Shown: positions 25,228 to 37,543 of the stretch, in pieces
Numbering within the stretch: position 1 is the first letter of the stretch
How the letters are laid out: the number at the start of each line of letters is the position of its first letter
Origin: Psammoneis japonica
Lineage: Eukaryota
Length of the DNA: 64,000 nt
NCBI GenBank assembly: GCA_008632985.1
Contig: QPGO01000073.1
Coordinates: forward strand, 248,001-312,000
Direction: 5' to 3'
Notes under the pieces: model-generated
Seen by the model: only the letters and a program-made list of their open reading frames with translations
Told to the model about the DNA's origin: nothing
Database searches by the model: none
Position numbers and translations under genes: made by a program

Positions 25228-26265
25228 CTAAGCAGCTGCTGCTTCTGCAACTTCTTCATCTTGTGGAGGAGGCTGTTCCGTTTGCTTTTTGGACACGGAC
25301 CCACTCTTGAAGGGCCGTACCGCTACCGATTGAAACCCGAGCTCCTTTAGAAAATACGGTTCCAATTCTTCCTTCAACAACTGTTCTATATCCTTTACCA
25401 GTTCCTCATCAATTTCAATCATGGCCCGTTGTTTTGCCAGCATGCGGACACGCATATTATGATGCGGACCGAGTTGTTGTTGTATACTGTTTCGTACACG
25501 CCGTTCTGCCAATTCAATTTTGGCAAGATGTTGTTGGGTGGCTTGTACTCCCAGTGCCAATCGTGATCGCAAACACGGAGAGGCGGCAGCATCGTGATTG
25601 GGCAATCCCAACCACCGTGCGGCACGACGAACCTCGTGCTTGGTAATGCCCGCAAGGGGGGACTTGACGTGAAACTCACGAGCCGCAATCAAACCGACTC
25701 TCGTGTCGTCTTGCAAATCGTCCACGTTGGTGCCATTGTATAAATGAAAATTATGTTGCAAACAAGAATTGGAAGTCGCATAGTCTACCACCGTCGTCAT
25801 GGCCGAGTACAAGTGTGTCTTGCACGCAAAACAAGCCTGTCCTTGATTGGAAATGTACATGGGATTGGATTGTTCGTTGGTTTGCACTTTGACGAGCTTG
25901 ACTCGAAGCAACTCGGCCACCTCTTGTGCTTGTTGTACTTGTTCTTGAGACACGGATGGAGAAATTCCCAAGACGGCTTGGACGTTTTGTTCGTTAGAAG
26001 CACATTGCTGAAGCAACGCCGCGACGAGAGACGAATCGACTCCACCCGAATACGCAACCACGTGATGATGGCTTCCAGTCATTAATTCACTCGTGTGTAC
26101 CAAGAGCCTGTCGACGAGCGACGTGTCGTCGTGGCTTGTTCGGACCGCAGTTGCCTTGTTGTTGTTGTGGTAGGTAAGAATCGGCCGTGGCGAAGTTGTG
26201 TGAACAAATCGTCGTTTCTGAAATCTTGAAAACGCCGTGTGGCATAAGCGCTGTACATTTTTCAT
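25228..26265 (-). CDS. LarE-like ATP-dependent sulfur transferase (PP-loop) with probable mitochondrial presequence
   Basis: VVAYSGGVDSSLV PP-loop, CFACK, GTNVDD, SPL..ITKHEVR, AASPCLRSR, MRVR; Arg-rich, acid-free N-terminus. Confidence 0.85.
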   Translation of the reverse strand: MKNVQRLCHTAFSRFQKRRFVHTTSPRPILTYHNNNKATAVRTSHDDTSLVDRLLVHTSELMTGSHHHVVAYSGGVDSSLVAALLQQCASNEQNVQAVLGISPSVSQEQVQQAQEVAELLRVKLVKVQTNEQSNPMYISNQGQACFACKTHLYSAMTTVVDYATSNSCLQHNFHLYNGTNVDDLQDDTRVGLIAAREFHVKSPLAGITKHEVRRAARWLGLPNHDAAASPCLRSRLALGVQATQQHLAKIELAERRVRNSIQQQLGPHHNMRVRMLAKQRAMIEIDEELVKDIEQLLKEELEPYFLKELGFQSVAVRPFKSGSVSKKQTEQPPPQDEEVAEAAAA

Positions 26266-29200
26266 ACTAAAAATTGAAATAGAGGCTAAGCAATACCGTA
26301 AGTACTGTTGGTGTTAATGGTCTCGCAACACAATCAACAAGGCGAAATGCCGATGCCGGAGTCGTCGATGTGTCGAAGAAAAATGAGCAAGAATCTTGAT
26401 CTTGCGTGGCGGCAATCGGCAATAGTCTTGGACGGATGCGCGGACTGACGGCGCCTGAACGGAAATGCGGACGGACGATAAACGGACGAGCGTCAACACG
26501 AAACAACATGACATGTCATGACAGCCAAGGCTCATCAGGGAGGGGGCAACCCGTTTTCTCTTCCAAACAAGTGGGCCGAGACACAAGGACAAAAGGAGTT
26601 GTTTTTCAGGATGTCCTGCTTTGTGGGAGTCTCCGGCATGTGAGATGACTCAGTGGCGACAGCTTGCTGATGGCAGAGTGCCCTCAACTTGTTGTTGAGT
26701 GATGTGGCGAAACAGCACTGGGAGACAACTGACAGAGCATCCTGCACACTTCAACATGACAAACATTTTTGGCACCACAAAATGTGAAGAATCAAGTCAA
26801 AGTCTTTTGATGCCACATCTCACATCGCCAAAATGGCGATGTGGTGTGCACCAACAAAGCAACGCGGCACGACGTTGCTGCGCCAGGTGGGAACTCACTC
26901 ACTTCAAGAACACCCAATGCATGAAAACCGCTGCACTCTTTTGGTGATTGAGTTGACTCTGCTCACACTCATTGCATCACACAGCAGCAAGCACAGCCTG
27001 ATGCTCAAAGTCACACAACAAGCCAAGGTCATGAGAGCAGCAGCGAGGGGGGGCAACAAGCAAGCCAAAAGCATTTGTTGCCTTGACTCCTGCACCACAG
27101 CACTCCAAAAGATGCTGGATCACAGCAGGGCTTCTCTCACATGCCCAGCCTTTCAAAGCAGGCAGGTGGTGGCAGCAAGGTCTTTGTGAGGTTGTGGTCT
27201 CCTCACAGGTGCTCAGCAAAAGGCGGCAAACAACTTGCCCCACACCTCAACTTCTTGTGCTTCAATCACATCTTCCACAAGCTGTGGCAAGAAATCTTGT
27301 TGCAATTGCCCCCTGTCCTGCCTCTTGGGGAATGTTGCTCTGTCCAGGCACCACCACATTGTCAAGACACCTGCTGTGTTGTTCCATCCGTTCAATGGAA
27401 CAACGATCCATTGGATCTTGTCAAGCAACAATCTGGCCATTGCTCAAACAAGCCTCGTCATTTCAAATTTTCAAAGTGTTGGACAGATCCTGTGCAGATC
27501 TTAGTGGCAGCAAAGCAGCACTGCCACTGTCAGAAGAAACATGCAAATTGAGCTTTGACAAGAGAGCACCCATTTGGAAGGAGAAAGCAAACCAAAACAG
27601 CAAACTTTTCATCAGAATGTTTGTGCACCTGCAATGCAACACTTGGAAGTCACCAAGGATGACTCTCTCAGTGTGTCATCTGTTTTTTTGCCATTCTTTG
27701 CCTTTTCCACAAGAGACATTGGAGCGCCCCCCACAAAATGGCAATCTTGACCAGACGGGATGGATGACACATCACCATCGTCTCATGCAGGTTTCTCCAT
27801 TGAATGCAAACAATTCTTCCAACAGCACAGTGTCCCTCTTGGCCACAAAATGCCACCCCATGTTGCAACCAATGGTGCCAGCACCAGGATCTGCAAAGCA
27901 ATTCAAAATTGAGTCATTGCCCTCCTCATCAACCCAATCAACCCACACATTTTCCAACATGTTGTGCTGCATGCAGAACAAATGGTTGTGTCAGAAGAAC
28001 AAACAGTTGTCAGATGAAGCATGGACAGACCACAAAGTGTGGGAACTTTCACGCAGATTCTGCAAGACAAGTGGGTGACAGACAGACACATGTGACAGAA
28101 GAGTCAATTGTTTCTGTTGTCCCTGTGCTTTTTGTGCGGTGTTTGATGCAGACAATGGCGTGCACCACCACAGGTGATGCCATTGATCAAATGCATGTTG
28201 TTTGGTGAGTGACAAGTGCAGACATGTGCCCACATTGACTGTGGATGTGGGTTGCAGTTGAACTCAGGTTGCTGTTGTTGCCAGCCGTTTTGCATTTTCT
28301 GTGTGAATTGTGTGTGGCAACCACATGAAATGTTGATGACAATGGTGTCATCTTGAAAGGTCAATTGGAGCACACCCCCAGACAGACATGAGTGAGCCAA
28401 ATTGTGCTGTTGTGTTTGCATGCCTCAAATCAGTGTGGATGTTGTTTTCATCCCCACATGCTTGGCACTGCAGCATGGCAACAATGCTGGATTTTCAGTG
28501 TTGTTGAGTGGAAATGGAAACGTCTTGGCTGTTGGAAGCTGCAAAGATGCCCAACCCCCCCCCTGCTCCTCTGGGAATGGACAATGGAGCAAGGCACCAG
28601 GTGCATGTGTCACATTGCTGTTTTCTGAGCACTCACTTGTTCATCCTTTTGATTGAATGCACGTGAACATCTCTGGTGGCAGGAGATGATTCTTGAATGA
28701 TTTGATGAAGAAACTCCTCAGACACTTTCAGCAACCACCAGTGCTCATGATGATGCCAGCAATGGTGTTCCATGCAACAAGATGGCACAGATGAGCCTTG
28801 GGGCTGTCATCAAAAGGCGTTGAGTCACTCCTTGGACAAGCTCCCTGTTGACGGATCATTGTGGAATGTGCGCAAGGACGTCCCAACATGCCAAATGTTT
28901 TCGCCCATTCTGTGGCACACGTGCACCATTTTTTCTTTCAAATTCAACATTGAAACATCGAACAAAGATCCAAATGGAAGAAGTGGGCCACCAGAACAGC
29001 AACTGAAAACCAATCAAATTGAGCCTCATTTTCTTCAACAATTGTGCTGTCAAAATTTGTGTGCATGTCAACATCAGGTTGCCACATGATTGAAAAAGTG
29101 GGTGTTGCTTTGCAGCTTTGAAATTCAAACAGATTCTGGTGCCATGACCACTGAGCTGGTGGGGTTTGGTCAGTTGTCTTGTTGGCATGATGTCAACAGT

Positions 29201-29299
29201 GTCTGAGGAGGGGGTCAGCATTCCATCTTAGTGGACAGAACTTGACTCAATTGTGACCCCCTCATTGTCTGCAAAGGGGCAGATCAGTGCTGCCCTCCC

Positions 29300-29880
29300 A
29301 CTGGGGATCATGCCTGCTGGTCCAGGGCAAAGGGGTGTGAGATCCCCAAAGGCAACGGTGGGTTGCTCACACTGTTGTGATGCTCACTCTTGTGTTGACA
29401 CAGCCAAATGCCTCTGAGCATGGCTTTTGTCACTTGCCTGCTGGCTTCAAAGTTGCTTTGGCTCACCTTGTGCCCCAGCAGATGGCCAAAGAGGTGCCTG
29501 ACATGTTGTGCACATTGTGTGACATCAGGATGCTGTTCTCTTCATTGAATCTGTTGGAGGCATCAACAAAAGGAAATGCAAAGTTGTCTTCAAATTTGTG
29601 TTGCTCCCAGAGCACATTTGCAGCACAAATTGTGCCTTTGTTCAGTGCCTGCTGCTTTGAGTCCTGCACACAGCTGATCTGCACTGCAATCATCCTTGGC
29701 CTCCACTCCAGCAACTGAGGAGAATGGCTTTGGTCATGTGGCTTGCTGCCATGCCTTCCCAATGCTGGCTGATGTTTTCTCTCAAATTCAAAACTCAAAT
29801 GTTGCACACAGATCCATTCAAAAGAGCTCAGAAGTTGGCGAGAGCCAAACAGCTGGCTCGCTGCCAATTTCACAAAACAA
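29300..29880 (-). mobile_element. Decayed non-LTR retrotransposon reverse transcriptase fragment (CRE/RLE-type)
   Basis: Across frames: QLCAGL..., VLWEQH..EDNFAFPFVDASNRFNEENSILM, resembling the VDAxNAFNxxxR motif of RLE-clade RTs. Confidence 0.6.
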
Positions 29881-30949
29881 ATTGAGTCATCGTCCTTGTG
29901 CTTTTTTCTGACAATTCCAAATTTTCAAAATCCACCATCAAAATGTGTGCACACCACCATGGAAGAAATCCTCTGCATGGGGCACCCAGCTCAGCTTTCA
30001 CATCCAAACCATCAACCCAAGTGAGCCTCATCAGCTCTCACTTGCTGTGAACTGGCATTTTGCACCCTGCACACCAAGCTGAAAACACCCAACATGCTGT
30101 GGGTGTGCATTCAGCAGAGGGTCTCCTGATCCAACCAACCCAACAGTCCCTCACACAAGGTTGGGGACACACCAGCAAGGAGTGGGAAAAGATGACTTGG
30201 CATTTCTGCAACTGCCCCAATCATTGTGATTGCATCAGGTGGCACGCTCACCCAGATGCCAACCACTGTGGGCACCAACAAGAATGCCAACATCTGTGAG
30301 CACATGATGACAGTGCCACACCTCCTGCCTCCTGCTGATGGTGGTGGCACAATGAATGATGTTGCCTGTGACACCCACCACTCTGCTTGCTGATTCATGC
30401 GGGCCATCCTGAGTGGTCGCAGTGCACCCAACGATTGTCAGATTGCTGCTGACATGTTCGCTTCCCTCCAAGCTGGCAAAAATGAAGGTTGTGCCATGGT
30501 GGAGCAATGCTGCTGATGTTCCTGGGATCATTTCCATTGAACATTTTTGATGCCCCGCCATGGCTGTTCTCATGTCTTGTGGTGCTGCCCCCACACTGAA
30601 ACACCCAACACTTGTCAAGGCACCACTTCCAATCTGCTTCCCTCTGGTCACAGGATTCCAAGGGAGGGGCACTTTCCCTCAAACCATTGTCAACTTTCTG
30701 TCTCTTGCAAAGACTCCATTGTCAAGTCCTGCAACCCTTGTCATCAGTCAATGCACCAACACACTGGGCACTGCCTCAAAGCACTTTTGTTGCATGCCTT
30801 GTGTGGCCCTGTTGACCGTGTTGCTTGCTGTCACACACCATCTGTCAGCTGGTGAAAAGGGCAGGAGGATGCCTGGCTGCTGGCCTTTCTGGCTTTTTGA
30901 GGACCTGTCCACTGCACCTGCTGCACCTGCTCTCATTGGTGTGCAAATC

Positions 30950-31930
30950 ATGCCTTGAAGCAAAATGAGACCTCCTTTGACACAATTGGACAGCAAGGGC
31001 ACATTGAGATTGTGGCCAATGACGCCACTGTCACTTTTTCATTTCAACCAAACAAGGGCTTGCCTCCAGCCCCTGACAACTTGCTTCAATGCCAGCACCA
31101 ACAGATTTGTCTTCAATGGTGTCCAGCATCCAGGTGGCGGACATCCCAGAAAGCTTCTCCCAGGAGGCACGCGAGTCCAGGAGTGCTGGTGCAGCTGCAG
31201 TCCCATGAGATGGGCACACCAAGCCAAGGGAGAGATGTGTGTGCAACCACTTTGCCCCACAATCTCATCCCCCCTGCAGCTGCTCATCAAGCCATGAAGG
31301 CTTGATGGCACATGTCAGAGCCCCCTGTTTGCCATGACAACAAGAGATGCACCAGCTGACAACCAAAAGTGGCAAAAGCTTGCTGCTGCCACCTCCAATG
31401 GTGCCTCTCTTCTTTAGCGCTGAGCCCAAATGCAACAAATGCTGCCCTTCAGTGCTGAGCCAAAATGCAGCAAATGCTTCTGCACAGCCACACCCACAAG
31501 TGCAATGCTGAGTGTGGCTTTTGCCAGCATTGGCAACTCTCTTCTCTGCCAGGTGCTGCCGAACACGACTCTTCAGACGAAAAAGATGAGGAATGAGCAC
31601 ACACAAACCAAGGGACCTGTCAATGTCCCCAGAGAAGCCCACGGAGCTCATCAAGTCCTCCAGCAGGAAACCAAAAAACCAGACCCAAGTGGACCAGCAC
31701 ATTGAGCTCCATGTGATGAGACCAACTTCAACCCAGCTGACAACAACCCACAAAGTGGCGCTGCATTCTTGACCACCACAAAGCCATGCTCCAGCCAGCC
31801 CATCTCTCATGCACCCTTTCTCACCTCTCTGAAAAGGTCGCTGCCATTCAGAACAAAAGTTCTTTTCTGGTTTCAACCACATCACCCAGGGTTGTGTGCC
31901 ACAGTTTTGAAGGTGACAAGAGCTGTGTCA
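30950..31930 (+). mobile_element. Decayed Copia-like gag-pre-integrase/integrase fragment
   Basis: Remnants across frames in Copia order: VTFSFQPNKGLP, LLQ..H, F.GVQH, MLLH, PKW. Heavily degraded. Confidence 0.4.
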
Positions 31931-32083
31931 AGACTGCTGCAAAATCACTGCACAGGTTGCGCCATGTGGGAAAACTGCTCAAATGTGTGCACGCATGCAA
32001 CCACAACCAACATGAGAGAATGCAATGCCAAGTGACATTCAACGGTCATGACTGAGAGTTCCAGCCTTGGTTTTTCCAACCAA

Positions 32084-32842
32084 AAGTTTGAGCAATTGCT
32101 CAAACTTGCATCCACCACATTTGCTCAAACTTGGCAAGTTTGAGCAATTCCCCAAACTTGCTGCAAGTTTGAGCAAATGCTCAAACTCACACAAAAAAGT
32201 TTGAGCAATTTCTCAAACATGTGCAAAAACAAAAAAAATCTGTGTTGGCATGATGGTGCACGGTGCTGTGACCTGTGACGACAGCATGAAGACAGCACCA
32301 GCACTGATGGTCTGTTCGCCACATCATTTGTGGTGACTTGGAACAACAAGTGTCAATGTTGTGGCACATGTCAACACCAAAGCATGCTTTGAAGAATTTT
32401 TGATTGAATCAAAAGGCAAAATGATGTTGTGTGATGCTGTTCCTTGTTGGTCCCTGCAGCCCCCCAACAAGCCCATTCCATCGGAGCTTTGACATTTTTG
32501 TGTGTGGGTTTGTGTTGCATGTTTTTCATCAGATTGTTGGGTTTCTTGAAGGTGCTGTCATTGAGAAATTGTCATTTGTGTTGTCATGGTGTGATGGTTG
32601 TGATTGTGTTGTTTGTCTCCAACAGCTGCAAGCGCCTTTTGTCTCCATTGCACTTGTTTCTTTGTGCTGACACCTGCTTGCACAGTGAAAGCAGCAATCA
32701 CACAGTGCACACAGCAAGTGCTGTGCAGCCAGGCTGGCCCTGCATGACTGTTTTGCACTGGCGGCATTGACTTTGGCCTCAAAATGCAAATTTGAGCAAT
32801 TGCCCCACTTTTCGCAGGTTTTGATCGTTTGCTCAAACTTGC
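32084..32842. repeat. Array of palindromic AAGTTTGAGCAATTGCTCAAACTT-like units
   Basis: Perfect 24-bp palindrome at 32084-32107, further variants to ~32220, and more at ~32788-32842. Confidence 0.8.
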
Positions 32843-33374
32843 TGCCACTGAGTTCCATTTTCTGAACATGACATGTTTGAGCAGCACAAGGTGGTGTTTT
32901 GACAAAACACAACTCAAATGGCACATTGCCTGTTGTGGCAGCACATGTTTTTTCAAAATGCTGTCGTGCAAAATTCATGCGTTTTGAGCAGAATTCCCAC
33001 ACAGTGCTGCGTGTGAACACTTGTTTGTCTGTCTCCCCGCGGCTGCTTTGCTTTTGTTCCCATGTTGTCAAAGCAAAACCATCGTGATCAAACAAACATC
33101 TGCAGAGGAGCAGATTGCAGCATCTTTGCCACGGAGCCCTTGCCAAAAGATTGGTTTGAGAAGTTGCGCTCTGAGCTCATGTCCAATGAAATGTGTCAAT
33201 GCAGACCGAGCTGTTGGCGGTTGGATGGATTGCGGGCAGGTCGGTCTCGCGCAAAATTTTGGAATTTTGAGTTAGGCTGGCGTGGCATCGTAGGAAATGT
33301 ACGTGCTTCTACGCTTTGGCACACCGCATTCCGTTTCCGCCGCAATTTGACCCGGTGCATGGAGTTGAGACGCC

Positions 33375-35296
33375 ATGGCAAGCCAACAAGAACAAGAGCT
33401 TACGGCAGTTGCACGTGCATCTTTTGATGCGTGTGTCGTGGTTGAGGAAACTGGAAAGGTTGAGTTTGCCAATGATGCTGCTCGAGAAATGTTTGGTGAA
33501 ACGCAAGACATGAATGAAAGTCTCATTTTTCTCAAGAACGACGACTCGCAGACGTCATGGGAGGAACTTCAAAGAGTGCAACATACAGAGACCTTTTCTG
33601 TCGAATTCAAACGCGATAGTGAAACTACAGTTTCAGCGAAAGCGCGATTGGCATATATGGGATCTCTTCACTTGTCTTTTTCCGCCCAAACAAAGCAAAA
33701 ACAGAGGACGCGGCGGCTTCCCCTTCACAGGCACTCGTTGCAGGTATTTTGGAGGCAGCGTTGGACCCACTCTTTCAGGTCAGTCAGCATGGCATTATCC
33801 AGATGGTCAACACAGCAGCAGTAAAACAATTTGGATGGACAAAAAACGAGTTTATTGGGAACAACATTAGCATGATTATGGGAAAAGAACATGCGGCAAA
33901 GCATGACGGGTACATGGCACGATACATTCGTACGGGGGAGAGCCGCGTCATGGGGAGCAAACGGGAGTTGCCGGCTCGTCGAAAGGATGGAAGTGAATTC
34001 ACAATACAACTAAGTCTTGTGGAAGTTCCGGTGGAAAAAGGAGAGGAGCGTACCTTTTGTGGTTTCGTTTTCGATCTAACAGAACACAAGAGACACGTGA
34101 ACGAGATTCAACGACGAGAAACGTTCACAGACACAATCATCGAAGGGTCCTACGACGCGCTGTTGGTGACAGACGAAGAGGGAAATATCATTCGTGTCAA
34201 TAATACGGCTGAGAACAAGTTCATGACGTCGGGAAGAAATGATTTGCACGGCAAGTCTGTATTCACGTTTCTTAATCCGAAGGATGCCAAGTGGCTCAAG
34301 GATCAAATGGACCAGTCCTCGACCGTGGGTATTCCCATGACGGTTCAACAGGAGGTGAGTGTCATGCTTCCGAATGGAAAGACGCGTCCGGTAATGCTGG
34401 GTGCGTCCGACGTGGAAGGGCTCCTCGGCGAGCCTTGTTTTGCACTCTACCTTCACGACTTGACAGAGCAAAAGAAGAGGCAAAAGGTCGAAGCTGAAGT
34501 GCGCGCCGCGGAGTGCCTGCTGTTCAATATGCTTCCAGAATCAATTGCTGATCGCCTTAAGGATGACCCATCTCATATTGCAGAGAGCCATAGATATGCT
34601 GCGGTGCTCTTTGCGGATATTGTCGGCTTCACAACCATGTCGAGCCAAATGGAACCCTGCGAGGTAGTCGCTATGCTCAATGAGCTCTTTTGTATATTTG
34701 ATGGACTAGTTGACAAATATGATCTGAACAAGGTCAAGACTATTGGTGATTGTTACATGGTCACGACTGTCCCTGGAGTCACTGAGGATGAAGAGGAACA
34801 CTGTCGGCGCTTGTGTCATTTTGGTTTGGATTTGATTTTGGAGATCAACAAGTACAACGCAACAAATGGACAAAATAGAACATTGGATCTCCGAGTTGGT
34901 CTTCATTGTGGTCCTGTTGTTGCTGGTGTAGTAGGCACGAAAAGGTTCTTGTACGATCTCTGGGGCGATGCTGTAAATGTAGCCTCTCGAATGGAGAGTA
35001 CCGGAGTTCCTGGTAGAGTTCAGACCACTAAACACGTCGCTGAACTCATGGAGGATGATTTTGACTTTGAACGGCGTGGTATGGTGCAGGTGAAAGGAAA
35101 AGGTGAAATAGAGACTTTCTTTATTACGCAAGGAAAGAAGGAGTACGCGCTCCCGGAGTTTGACTTATCAAGCGCACGAAGACGTCGCAGTTCCATCTTC
35201 TCGGACGAAGACAGTGCAAGCCTCCTCAAGTCGATTCGATCGTTTGAGTCCTCTCTCTTGGAGCGCCTTGACGATTCGCTTGCCGAAAACGCGTAA
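33375..35296 (+). CDS. PAS-PAS-PAS class III adenylate cyclase (1-bp deletion near 33670)
   Basis: VLFADIVGFT, KVKTIGDCYM, YDLWGDAVNVASRMES; Lys/Asp specificity residues indicate ATP. FixL-like PAS (HAAKHDGYMARY..TGE...RKDG). The paralog has ggatcttttgcac versus ggatctcttcac here. Confidence 0.9.
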
Positions 35297-35515
35297 ACCA
35301 TAGGTGAGATCCGAACAGGATCCAAATTGAAATGTGTAGCTGCTCCTTTGAGTCGTCGAGAAAAGTCGAAAGACTCATCTGCACCGTTGACTGTTATTTG
35401 TAGGACTATTCGATTCCAACTGAGAAAATCTGTGCAGCAGTCGAGCAGTAAATTGCAAATAGCAAACCTTTTGCTTTTGACAAGGCCATATCAACCAAGT
35501 CGAGTGAAATGAAAC

Positions 35516-35640
35516 TCGACGAGTAGTCGCCATGCTCAACGAGCTGTTCAGTTCTTTCGACAAACTGGTTGACATGTATAGTTTGAACAAGGTCAAAACT
35601 ATTGGAGATTGCTACATGACACCACTATCCCTGGTGTCAT
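35516..35640 (+). pseudogene. Short duplicated fragment of the cyclase catalytic domain
   Basis: gagtagtcgccatgctcaacgagctgttcagttc...aacaaggtcaaaactattggagattgctacatg matches ~34660-34775 and ~38850-38965. Confidence 0.85.
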
Positions 35641-36061
35641 CGGGATAACTCAGAGCACTCTTGGCGCACGCGATGATGTTGCTGAAAGCGACTAAGCGGT
35701 TTTGGGGTCCGAACTTGAAATGCGATTCTTCCCTACTACGACAGAGAGAATTACAGCGCTACATCCTATACAAACATGCTCAACGTACAAACCGTAGATG
35801 TAAAGCATCTACAATAATACGCTGAAAGACTAGACTACTCGCACAATTCAAGGTGCGAAACGCTCATTTCCCGGTTATTTCGATTGGACCTTGTGGACAG
35901 CGGACGAGAGCTTTAGGAAACATTCTGACAAGTAGAAAACGAGACACCGGGCTACTATTAGCTATAGGTATGCATTCGGACACGAAATATCCAGATACTT
36001 CAGTTCAATGCCAGTGCCTGTATCTCCTGGATGAGAAACGTCTCAAGACAATATATCTTTT

Positions 36062-37153
36062 TCAACGTCCTGAGGTGAATCCTTCTGGTGCCTTTCTTTT
36101 TCTGGAGTTCGCCGCCAAATTGATCAGGTCAGGCTTCTCGCGGAGCACAGAATAGATCAAGGTTGCGCCTTTCGACTCATGGGTATAGCAGTTAATTTTG
36201 CCAAACAAGTGGGCAAAGAGACAAGGATGGAAGGAAGTGCACTTCAAGAGGTCCTGCTTGATATGAGCCTCCATCAGGCGAAACGTGACGGCTCGATGAT
36301 TTCCTTGAAAGGAGCGAGTGGCGCAATCGAGAGGCATCTGCCCGTGGATGTTTTTGTGATGCAACGAAGCGCCATGCTCCAACAGAACTTTTACCAAGGC
36401 AGCATTGCCGTTGCTGCTAACAAGATGTAGTGGTGACTCACACAAACGAGTGGGTAGTTCCGGGTGGGCTTCGTTTTCCAGAAGCATGCGAACAATGTTG
36501 ATTGCTCGACTCTCGCATGCATGTAGTAAAGGCGTCCGAACGCTGCCATCATAAGCATTCACATTACAACCTAGTTCAACCAACAAATATGCCATCCTTA
36601 CGTTTTGCTGGGCGCAAACCAAGTGCAATGGTGGAAGTCCTTGCCTATTTGTAGCTTCCAAATCAGCGCCATTCTGAACAAGGGCTTCGACCACATCTTC
36701 ATCATTTGGGCGCAGCATCTGACACGCAAAATGCAAAGGTGTTTGACCGCTCCAGTTTTTTGCGTGTATGTCAGCACCATTCTCCACCAGCAAGCTTATT
36801 AATTGAGTGTGGCCTGCACGGCATGCAAAAAACAGCGGGGTTTCCCCATCATCCATTTCGACTGCATTCACATTTGCATCACGTGACAAAAGCAACCGTA
36901 CAATTGATTCAAAACCAAGATGACAAGATACGTGAAGTGGTGAGGTGACATTAGACTGGCCCATAACATTTGCACCGTGGTCCAAGACCAGCTGCACCAT
37001 TTCGTGGTTTCCAGTGCGCACAGCCTCGTAGATTGGAGGTTGTGAACCCGCCGGAGAATTGATCAGCAAACGGCGAACCTCCTCCACATTTCCGTTTCTT
37101 ATGAATCGACGGAGATCGTCCATGCTGCAAGTGGCAAAGTCAGAAGAGAACAC
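36062..37153 (-). CDS. Ankyrin-repeat protein
   Basis: About 7 repeats (SPLH, GETPLF, GQTPLH, GLPPLH, RTPLL, ESPLH); C-terminal VLREKPDL...RKRK. Confidence 0.9.
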   Translation of the reverse strand: MFSSDFATCSMDDLRRFIRNGNVEEVRRLLINSPAGSQPPIYEAVRTGNHEMVQLVLDHGANVMGQSNVTSPLHVSCHLGFESIVRLLLSRDANVNAVEMDDGETPLFFACRAGHTQLISLLVENGADIHAKNWSGQTPLHFACQMLRPNDEDVVEALVQNGADLEATNRQGLPPLHLVCAQQNVRMAYLLVELGCNVNAYDGSVRTPLLHACESRAINIVRMLLENEAHPELPTRLCESPLHLVSSNGNAALVKVLLEHGASLHHKNIHGQMPLDCATRSFQGNHRAVTFRLMEAHIKQDLLKCTSFHPCLFAHLFGKINCYTHESKGATLIYSVLREKPDLINLAANSRKRKAPEGFTSGR

Positions 37154-37543
37154 TCTCAGATAGAAACAACGCTCTGCATTCTACATCTGTGCACGCTTTC
37201 TTTCCTCGGCACCTCACCTGGGTACCGGTATCTTCACACCTCCCTCCCCATGCGCCTCGTCATCGCGTCGCTGCAAATTTTGGAATTTTGAGTTAGGCTG
37301 GCGCGTGTCGTAAGAAATGTCCCAAAACATGATTATTCTAAATCACATATACTTTTTAAAAAATATGAATTGCCCCAGAACACCTGGTATTGAATTTAGG
37401 TAACGGGTTTAACGTCTACATTTTTGGAATTTTGCACGTCGGCATACCTTGGCTTGGGGCATACGGTAGTTTCGCGCCAGCTCATCCCACAGGACCGTCC
37501 GTAAGCATTCGAGGGTATTCCGATCCCGCATAGAGCCAACACC

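Larger units (their letters stand above)
26500..33270. repeat. 6.8-kb TpA-depleted block of nested decayed transposons
   Basis: Only a handful of TA seen (ttag at ~27502, ~29229, ~31415) where base composition predicts several hundred. Confidence 0.85.

Noticed and set aside
32084..32220. CRISPR array
   Set aside because: No regularly sized unique spacers, no cas genes, eukaryotic context.
26500..33270. Dense overlapping ORFs in all six frames (e.g. 27083-28078, 331 aa), and similar ORFs in the other TA-free blocks
   Set aside because: Loss of TpA removes TAA and TAG stops, inflating ORF length; the products lack Tyr, are C/H/Q-rich and show no coherent domains.
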